Assembly (NCBI GenBank): GCA_049720475.1
Contig: JBNASH010000033.1
Coordinates: 3,784 to 67,783 of the forward strand
Source: Minisyncoccia bacterium
GTDB taxonomy: Bacteria; Patescibacteriota; Minisyncoccia; UBA6257; JAAZHW01
Length of the DNA: 64,000 nt
Direction: 5' to 3'
Part shown: positions 57,538-64,000 of the stretch, piece after piece
Position numbering within the stretch: position 1 is the stretch's first letter
Layout of the letters: each line of letters opens with the position of its first letter
The notes under the pieces: generated by a model
The model's database searches: none
Seen by the model: the letters and a program-made list of their open reading frames with translations, nothing else
Told to the model about the DNA's origin: nothing
Translations under genes and position numbers: made by a program

Positions 57538-60051
57538 TTAGAAAAGTTTATCCCATTGTTCGTTTTCAACTAAATTAATAAATTCCTGAACATCAGTTGC
57601 ATAACGCGAATCAATTTTTAAAACTTGTTTCGCATATTCGATAGCCTTTTCTTTATTATGTAACTGAGCGTAAGCAGCAGCTAATTTAATAATTATTTGG
57701 AGGCGATTTTTTTGATATTGATTAGCTTTTTCTAAATAGGCAATAACTTTATTGATATGTTCTGGATCTTTAGGTGGATTGCTAATTTCTACAAAAATAG
57801 CCAAATCAATTAACCCTTTGACTTTATTTAACAGAAGGCCTTTTTGGAAAGCCGACAATTTTTTATCTTGAAGCATTGCTTCTGTTTTTTCAATTTCTTG
57901 ATCCACTAAATTAATTAACTTTCCTTGTTGCTGAAAATAAGAAACTTGCGGCATAACATTCATAATGAAATCAGAGGTATTTTCCAAAGAAAACTCATAG
58001 CCATTATCAAAAGCAGTGTTCATATATTTGAAAATTTCCTCCTCGCTTTTTTGATCTTGAATAGCCAAAACTGCCTTCAACCACCAAGCGGGTGCATATT
58101 TAGGAGTTTTCTCTAGCATTTCTGATAATTCCTGTTGTGTTTTTTCTTTTGTTGGCTGACTCAAAACATATTGCAAAATCAAATCGCTTCTTTTCGGATA
58201 ATTTTTCTTCAAAAAACCAAAATATTCATCCATTTCATTTAGGTATAACTGTCTTTCTGTTTCTGATAAATTAGGAAGTTTTGGCATTTGCGAGGCAATA
58301 TAGCTCAAATAAACATAAAAATCTACCATTGGCTCTCTTTTATAACCCGATAGTAATTGATCTTTAATCTTTTCATAATCTTTAATTACTTGATTCGTGT
58401 CAATTTTAATCTGACCAGAGTTGGCATAGGATAAATAAGAAAAGAAGTAATCGGCCCAAGGCTTTTTTATTTCGGTATTAATGAAAGTGTTCAAATTGAC
58501 CGCCTTCTCAAAAATTACAAATCTCCCTTCTAAATCCTGGGGGTTAACCCGATTTGCTTCAAAAACTAATTGGGCGGCCTTATAAGGTTTGTAATCAACA
58601 TGATAAAAGATAAAGGCGGCCACCAATAAAAACGCTCCTATTACTAATACATCCAAAACATCGAGCGAGTTTTTGGAAATAAATTTTTTTGACTCATTTT
58701 TATCATCAATGATATTTTTTCGAATTTTTATATTAGTAGTTGATAAATTGATAAATGCTAAAAAGAAATAGAAAAAGATTGAGTTAGCTGGCGTATCAAA
58801 AACAAAAAAGTTATGAACATTATAGGCTATAAACAAAGAAAAAATGATGATCCAACTAATTTTATCTTTTAATGTTTCGGATGATTTAACTTTTTTATAA
58901 ATCAAATACCCGACCACAAACAACAAAAATAAATAAGCTAGAAAACCAACTATTCCATTCATCACTAAGACATCAAAAAATTTATTATGCGCTCTATCAA
59001 AACGTTCATGACTTAAGGCATAATCATTGGCATCATAATGACTATCAAAAACAGCATAATACATATCTTGGCCATAACCAAAAATAGGTCTTTCTTTCCA
59101 CCAATTAAAACTGCGCTGCCAATTTAAAATACGGGCGCGCGTCGAAGCATCGGACAAAGAAATACTGGCCAAACGACCGATAAAAGGAATTTTTTCGCTA
59201 ATAACACTTTTTTGAATTTTGGGTTGAAAAACAAAAAACAAAACACCCAAAATAATAATCGCGACGGCAACAATAGCACTAATTTTTTTGTATTTTTTAT
59301 CAGGAATAGTAAAAATACTCAAAATTAACCCAACAAACAATCCCAAACCCAAACCTAAAATAGAACCGCGCGTCTGAGCCCACCAAAAAACGAAAAACGA
59401 AACAATGCCCATTATTAATACTAAATTTTTTTGCTGTTTAAACTCAGATTGCTGAATAAAATTAAGATAATACCAAACGATTAAAAACAAATGCACGAGC
59501 AAAAAGCCGGCAAAGAATGTTGGATTGCCAAAAACACCACCGGGCCGGGACAAATTTTCACCTCCCACTACCGGCACAATTTTTAAAATTTCCAAAATAG
59601 GAAAAATAGCGCCAAAAAAACTAATACAAATCGAAGTAAAAATTAATTTGCGGATCGCTTCTTTATCTTCAAAAAAAATCGAAGAAATGGCTAAAAAGAA
59701 AACATAAAAATGAAGCAAAGAAATAAAACCCTCCATTCGCTCAGCATTACCCCAAAAACTACGATAAGGAACAAGGCTAAAAATACAACTAATTAAAATG
59801 GCTAGATAAAAAATTGAGATGGCAATCGTTAAGAGATTAAAATGCGGCTTATATTTTTGAAAATTAATCACCATTAAAATTACCCAGACAAACAAAAGCA
59901 AAAGGACAAAAAACTGAAAAGGAAACATTTTGCCTAAAATAAATGGCCTTAAAATATTAGGCAAAAACATTAATGCGGAAAATAAAGCCGCGCCCACCAA
60001 GAAAAAAGCAACTTTTTTTAAATTTTTCTCCAGAGAAATTAATTGGTTCAT
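57538..60051 (-). CDS. Large membrane protein with an O-antigen ligase-like (Wzy_C) domain and C-terminal TPR repeats.
   Basis: About 12 TM segments, with a Wzy_C-like loop (WWAQTRGSILGLGLGLF). The C-terminal ~350 aa are TPR-like helical repeats. Confidence 0.55.
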   Translation of the reverse strand: MNQLISLEKNLKKVAFFLVGAALFSALMFLPNILRPFILGKMFPFQFFVLLLLFVWVILMVINFQKYKPHFNLLTIAISIFYLAILISCIFSLVPYRSFWGNAERMEGFISLLHFYVFFLAISSIFFEDKEAIRKLIFTSICISFFGAIFPILEILKIVPVVGGENLSRPGGVFGNPTFFAGFLLVHLFLIVWYYLNFIQQSEFKQQKNLVLIMGIVSFFVFWWAQTRGSILGLGLGLFVGLILSIFTIPDKKYKKISAIVAVAIIILGVLFFVFQPKIQKSVISEKIPFIGRLASISLSDASTRARILNWQRSFNWWKERPIFGYGQDMYYAVFDSHYDANDYALSHERFDRAHNKFFDVLVMNGIVGFLAYLFLLFVVGYLIYKKVKSSETLKDKISWIIIFSLFIAYNVHNFFVFDTPANSIFFYFFLAFINLSTTNIKIRKNIIDDKNESKKFISKNSLDVLDVLVIGAFLLVAAFIFYHVDYKPYKAAQLVFEANRVNPQDLEGRFVIFEKAVNLNTFINTEIKKPWADYFFSYLSYANSGQIKIDTNQVIKDYEKIKDQLLSGYKREPMVDFYVYLSYIASQMPKLPNLSETERQLYLNEMDEYFGFLKKNYPKRSDLILQYVLSQPTKEKTQQELSEMLEKTPKYAPAWWLKAVLAIQDQKSEEEIFKYMNTAFDNGYEFSLENTSDFIMNVMPQVSYFQQQGKLINLVDQEIEKTEAMLQDKKLSAFQKGLLLNKVKGLIDLAIFVEISNPPKDPEHINKVIAYLEKANQYQKNRLQIIIKLAAAYAQLHNKEKAIEYAKQVLKIDSRYATDVQEFINLVENEQWDKLF

Positions 60052-60132
60052 TGTTTAAAAAATTTTAAATTAATCTTAATTCGCGACATTAATCTATATT
60101 ATAGACAATAATTTATTTATGACAAACAAAAA

Positions 60133-60156
60133 AGCCCATAAAAGGGCTTTTTGCTT
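60133..60156. terminator. Terminator hairpin.
   Basis: aaaAAGCCCataaaaGGGCTTtttgc. Confidence 0.5.
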
Positions 60157-60171
60157 TAAATCTCAGCAATT

Positions 60172-60990
60172 TTACAATCCCATCTTCTGTTTCAATTCAT
60201 CAATAATTATCAAAACATCTACGCAACGATTATTGCTTAATAATTCATCAGCTTGTTTTAACTGATTTATAACTTCTTCTTTTTCCTCCATACTGAAATC
60301 TATGTAATCAATTTTGTCTTTAATATAATTTAAATCGTCTTCCAAATAAACAGGGCAATGATTAATTTTTTCTTCTGCTTCTGATTTTAAGGCAAAAACT
60401 TTATTTTCTACTTCCTGCAGTTGATTTTGAATTTTAACTATTTCGCTTGCCGATTCGTTTTTATTTGCAATTTGTTTCAAACTCTCTTTTGCTTTGTTGG
60501 TTTCTTTTTGTAATTGTTCGGATAAAATAGCCACTTGTTGAGGATTGGAAATTTGTTTTATTTGATTGGTCAATTCCTCTAAATTCTGAGCAACGGTTTC
60601 AAAAGCCAGCTGATTGTAATAATCACCTACTTTTTTATTTAAATCATTAACGACTGCTTGCGTCAGCATCATTTTCAAATCCAACTTGTATTCAGCCGGC
60701 GCTAAAGCAATTAAGCTTTTATTTATTAAGAGTTTAAAGCTGTAAAGAGGGCTATCAATGGAAGCGGTTTGAGCTAAATTAACGATACCGCCGAACAAAA
60801 GCAAGAAAGCACAAAAAACGGCTGCTAATTTATATTTCCAACCAAAAACAAAAATAGGCGCTTGAGCGCTTTTTATTTCAGTTTTCTCAATTTGGGCCAT
60901 TAAAATTCTTTTGCTTGAATCCAACCATTCTTGATCAGGCCTTATCATCTTTAATTGTTTGATTCTGGCAATAATTTCGGCTTTTTTCAT
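60172..60990 (-). CDS. Hypothetical bitopic coiled-coil protein.
   Basis: 272 aa with one TM segment (AAVFCAFLLLFGGIV) and a long coiled coil. Confidence 0.4.
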   Translation of the reverse strand: MKKAEIIARIKQLKMIRPDQEWLDSSKRILMAQIEKTEIKSAQAPIFVFGWKYKLAAVFCAFLLLFGGIVNLAQTASIDSPLYSFKLLINKSLIALAPAEYKLDLKMMLTQAVVNDLNKKVGDYYNQLAFETVAQNLEELTNQIKQISNPQQVAILSEQLQKETNKAKESLKQIANKNESASEIVKIQNQLQEVENKVFALKSEAEEKINHCPVYLEDDLNYIKDKIDYIDFSMEEKEEVINQLKQADELLSNNRCVDVLIIIDELKQKMGL

Positions 60991-61036
60991 ATTGTCCCTC
61001 TATAATATATAACGAAAAACTTGCCAAAATATTACC

Positions 61037-62746
61037 TTAATAACCAAACCATTGACGATTGGCAATAGCCCGCGTTAAAGGACCAAAATAACCGGTGGCT
61101 GGCAGACCATTTTTCTGCTGGAATTTTTGAATGGCTGCCTTGGTTAGATCCAAAAAATTACCAGTGATTAATCTTTCGCTATAAAGATCGGGTTCTTTTT
61201 CAGAAAGCATCTTTTGCAAACACTTTACTTCATTATCATTTCTTAAACCATAATACAAGTCTCTTTGGAAAAATGAGCAAGAAAGATTTGTTTGATTCAT
61301 TGCGTTCAATTGAGCAATAAGCGTTGATAGCTGGGCTTTTAATTGAGCAATCCGTTGAGTGAGCTGCTCTATTAAAGCAGAATTATTGGAAGCGCTGCTA
61401 GAAATTTGAGCATCATACTTGAATAAAACGCCGCCGGAAGAGCTATCGGTAATTATTGGTAAAAGATAAAGAGTATTGGTATCAACGCCGAAATCATTAA
61501 TCGAGATTGTCCCTTTTTTATTCTCACTACTAACCGTTTCAATCTTTTTGTTGTTACTTTTATCAGTGGTGATATAAACTAAAATAAATTGGGTGTCTTG
61601 AGGAAATTCATAATAAATTTTTAAATCACCTCGGCCGCCACTAATTTTAATCCAGTTGCCAGCATATAAATTTAAATAAGTGCTAGCAGTTAAAGAAACC
61701 ACGCCATATTCCGGCAAATAGGTAGTATAGGGATAAATATGAAAGTTTTTTAAATTAGCATTATCAAAACAATAAAGTTTGCCCAACGAACAATCATTAA
61801 AAAGGAGGGTAATCAACCAATTTTTGAAAATAGTATTAAAATCTTCCGAATAACCATTTTTTGCTAAAGCATAATTGATGGAAGCAATACCAGTTAAATT
61901 AGAACGCAAAGAGTCAACTAAAATTTTAATGCCATACTTCTCAACAATGTATTCTGCTAAAAGATGGACCGCGGCATAATCGCTGTTTGTACCTCTAAAT
62001 TCTAACAAAGAAAAGCTTGGGTTTTGACGTAAATCATTAAGATGTTTTTCTAAAAAACTGCCGCTTAAATTAGTGTTATAACCCAAAAAGGTGGAGAGAT
62101 AATCAGAACGCGCTTCGGCTAACCAGCGCTCATCGTCAGAATTAACAAAAATCCCCTTTTGATTAAACGAAATAAGATGCAATACTTCATGAGAAAGATA
62201 ATAGCCAAGTTGATTAATCGACGCGTCCCAAAAAATACTCGTGCTTAAATAAACCATCTCATGCTGATTGGAAAAATTGCCAGAGGCGGCTGGCAAAGAA
62301 TCAACAAAGCGAGCATAACCAACATAATTTTCTTTCAAAGGATGAATTAAAACATAAATGTGGTAATCATTGTCATAGCCGGGAAGCGCTTCAGAGCCAA
62401 AAGTAGCAACAATTCGTGGATAATCGTACTGCTCAAAATAAGTAGCTAAGGTAGCAAATTTGGCGCTGATGGTGTTTTGATTATTGAAAGAAAGGCTTTG
62501 CCACCAATTAGTATCAACGAAAAAATTAAGTTTATTGGTTTGATAAACAAGGGTGGCATTAAGTTGATTGCGCGAATAATAATCATAATCGCTTTCAACA
62601 TAAAAAACGCTCTGAGAATTAATTGATTGCGCAAAAACAGCTGGCGAGAGAAAAACAAAAAGTGCCGCGATAATAAAGATAATTTTCCAATTAAATATCT
62701 TTTTTGGCATTTTTTTGATTATAAAATAAAAAAGATGAGGTTTCAA
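61037..62746 (-). CDS. Secreted zinc-metallopeptidase-like protein (HExxH) with a C-terminal peptidoglycan-binding domain.
   Basis: Signal peptide IIFIIAALFVFLSPAVFAQS, the HEVLHLISF motif, and a PG_binding_1-like C-terminal domain (...LQKML...GNFLDLTKAAIQKFQQKNGLPATGYFGPLT...). The start may be at the internal MPKKIF. Confidence 0.5.
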   Translation of the reverse strand: MKPHLFYFIIKKMPKKIFNWKIIFIIAALFVFLSPAVFAQSINSQSVFYVESDYDYYSRNQLNATLVYQTNKLNFFVDTNWWQSLSFNNQNTISAKFATLATYFEQYDYPRIVATFGSEALPGYDNDYHIYVLIHPLKENYVGYARFVDSLPAASGNFSNQHEMVYLSTSIFWDASINQLGYYLSHEVLHLISFNQKGIFVNSDDERWLAEARSDYLSTFLGYNTNLSGSFLEKHLNDLRQNPSFSLLEFRGTNSDYAAVHLLAEYIVEKYGIKILVDSLRSNLTGIASINYALAKNGYSEDFNTIFKNWLITLLFNDCSLGKLYCFDNANLKNFHIYPYTTYLPEYGVVSLTASTYLNLYAGNWIKISGGRGDLKIYYEFPQDTQFILVYITTDKSNNKKIETVSSENKKGTISINDFGVDTNTLYLLPIITDSSSGGVLFKYDAQISSSASNNSALIEQLTQRIAQLKAQLSTLIAQLNAMNQTNLSCSFFQRDLYYGLRNDNEVKCLQKMLSEKEPDLYSERLITGNFLDLTKAAIQKFQQKNGLPATGYFGPLTRAIANRQWFGY

Positions 62747-62785
62747 TAATGAAAGGAAAATGAAAGGAAAAAGAAAAGCGGCTGC

Positions 62786-62816
62786 GTTGTCCCAACGCAG
62801 CCGCTTGTTTTTAATT
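62786..62816 (-). terminator. Terminator hairpin for the high-GC ORF.
   Basis: AAGCGGCTGCGttgggacaaCGCAGCCGCTT, flanked by T-rich sequence on the minus strand. Confidence 0.45.
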
Positions 62817-63605
62817 TTCTTCTTGGAAGTCCCTCAGGGACAGGCCCCGAGGGTTTTTTTCTACCTCATCCGCTGCCCGAAGGGGCAATTCCTTGCCCCT
62901 TCTCGCCTCAACCACCCTTCTTTTTTCTTTTATTTTTTTATTTTTAGAAGGGGAAGGGGAGGCAGGGGAGGCAGGCTCCGGTGGTTGTGGCCGAATTAGT
63001 TGCGGTGGACGGGTTGGGATTGGGACTTTTTTAAGCCCCGCTTCCCATTTGGGGTTGGGAAGTCTCCGATCGGACTCAAAGAGTTCGACCGAGACTTTCA
63101 GGATTTCCTCGTCAACCTGACCGACGAGGAAATCCCGCAGGGATTCCTTATCCCGCACATAGTGCGGGATATCAATCATTACTCTCTCTCTTTCTAAGAG
63201 AGAGTAATGATTTCCCTGACGGGCTACCCCTAGGTAGTCCGCCACCAGTTTCCGGCCATGGAACCGTACAACGGTCCCATTCCGGAAAAGAAGTAACCAC
63301 TTCCCCACTTTATTGTTAAAGTGGGGAGTGATAAGTTTGTTCTCCCCAACCACTACAGCCCAGCCCTTGGGACCGGGCACAGAAAGGGAAATCTGAAACC
63401 ACTGGGGCTGCCCCAGTTGGGGCAAAAACACCCAAGGTTTCACAATTCCCCGCTCTACCACCACGCACGGCACTTTCAGCCGTGCTTTTAAAGGATCAAA
63501 GTGGACGCCCTGAAGGGCGCCACTTTTAATCCTCTCCAGAATGTCCTGCGGTTTGGGAATGCGTTCCCAAACCGCCCAGATTTTCAAAAAATTACTCCTG
63601 ATCAT
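62811..63605 (-). CDS. Hypothetical protein encoded in an anomalously high-GC (~50%) segment, with a Pro-rich linker and a basic tail.
   Basis: An uninterrupted 264-codon ORF in ~50% GC DNA. A GGAGGT SD lies 6 nt upstream of the ATG, and TTGACT, 16 nt, TATTCT is further upstream. No family was recognised. Confidence 0.45.
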   Translation of the reverse strand: MIRSNFLKIWAVWERIPKPQDILERIKSGALQGVHFDPLKARLKVPCVVVERGIVKPWVFLPQLGQPQWFQISLSVPGPKGWAVVVGENKLITPHFNNKVGKWLLLFRNGTVVRFHGRKLVADYLGVARQGNHYSLLERERVMIDIPHYVRDKESLRDFLVGQVDEEILKVSVELFESDRRLPNPKWEAGLKKVPIPTRPPQLIRPQPPEPASPASPSPSKNKKIKEKRRVVEARRGKELPLRAADEVEKNPRGLSLRDFQEEN

Positions 63606-63719
63606 TTAAAACCTCCTATTAAATTTTTAACAAGGTGTGGCCCGGGCCGATAGCCCTAAGGTTCACCTTGTTGCTGTTTTAAGAATATCATAAAAATACA
63701 AAAAGTCAATAGGGTTGAA

Positions 63720-63752
63720 GAATAAAAGCGGGCTTAAAAGCCCGCTTTTTTT
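63720..63752. terminator. Bidirectional terminator hairpin.
   Basis: aataAAAGCGGGCttaaaaGCCCGCTTTttttc. Confidence 0.5.
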
Positions 63753-63931
63753 CTTTCGCCCTTTTCCTTCTTCCTGTCCTCTAGGACAGAAAGAAGGACC
63801 ATTAAAAAGACTGAGAACAGCATCAGTCCCCCAGTCAACCCCGTCCATCCAACCTTTTCCTGTCCCCACGGCCGAAAGGCGTAGAGAACCAGATTCTCAA
63901 TTAATAACAAAAACAATAAAAAATATTTCAT
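63734..63931 (-). CDS. Possible small membrane protein (2 TM).
   Basis: MKYFLLFLLLIENLVLYAF...LMLFSVFLMVLLSVLED followed by a basic tail. It ends at a terminator hairpin. Confidence 0.3.
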   Translation of the reverse strand: MKYFLLFLLLIENLVLYAFRPWGQEKVGWTGLTGGLMLFSVFLMVLLSVLEDRKKEKGERKKAGF

Positions 63932-64000
63932 CAAAAAACCTCCTTTCTTTTTTTTAAAAAGCTTCTTATATTCCAGCATAAAAATTTAAAAAAGTCAATA

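Noticed and set aside
63240-63275. Possible group II intron domain V in the high-GC segment (GAACCGTAC...).
   Set aside because: Only 9 nt match the domain V consensus. The rest of the hairpin and the catalytic triad context are absent.
62760-63957. Plus-strand ORFs 62760..62999, 62893..63120, 63000..63197 and 63715..63957 in the high-GC segment.
   Set aside because: They are short and overlapping. A long uninterrupted minus-strand ORF with SD and promoter explains the region better, and high GC inflates ORF length on all frames.

Overview
This is a low-GC (~30%), gene-dense bacterial segment, and nearly every gene is on the minus strand. The gene content suggests a reduced genome of the Patescibacteria/CPR type: compact aminoacyl-tRNA synthetases, a short IF-2, type IV pilus genes, and a 16S rRNA gene with no adjacent 23S. 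That lineage call is an inference. The window holds a type IV pilus locus (partial PilB ATPase, a candidate prepilin-peptidase-like membrane protein, two tandem pilins and a CheY-like receiver), an unlinked 16S rRNA gene, the infA-rpmJ-rpsM-rpsK-rpsD-rpoA-rplQ-rplM-rpsI operon, alaS, secDF, metG-tatD, efp, valS, tyrS, queA plus a YhhQ-type transporter gene, infB, a surface-glycan cluster and six tRNAs. The glycan cluster holds GT1, GT2 and GT39-like glycosyltransferases, a WbaP-like phosphotransferase, a Wzx flippase, a radical-SAM/SPASM enzyme and a methyltransferase. There is also a PolX-Nudix-beta-CASP operon and a two-component sensor kinase. The 16S 3' tail lacks the CCUCC anti-Shine-Dalgarno motif, yet several accessory genes carry perfect GGAGG(T) sites. 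RpoA lacks its C-terminal domain. One protein fuses an L,D-transpeptidase domain to a DD-carboxypeptidase domain. The last ~1.1 kb has ~50% GC and an ORF containing perfect palindromes, which suggests foreign or chimeric DNA.
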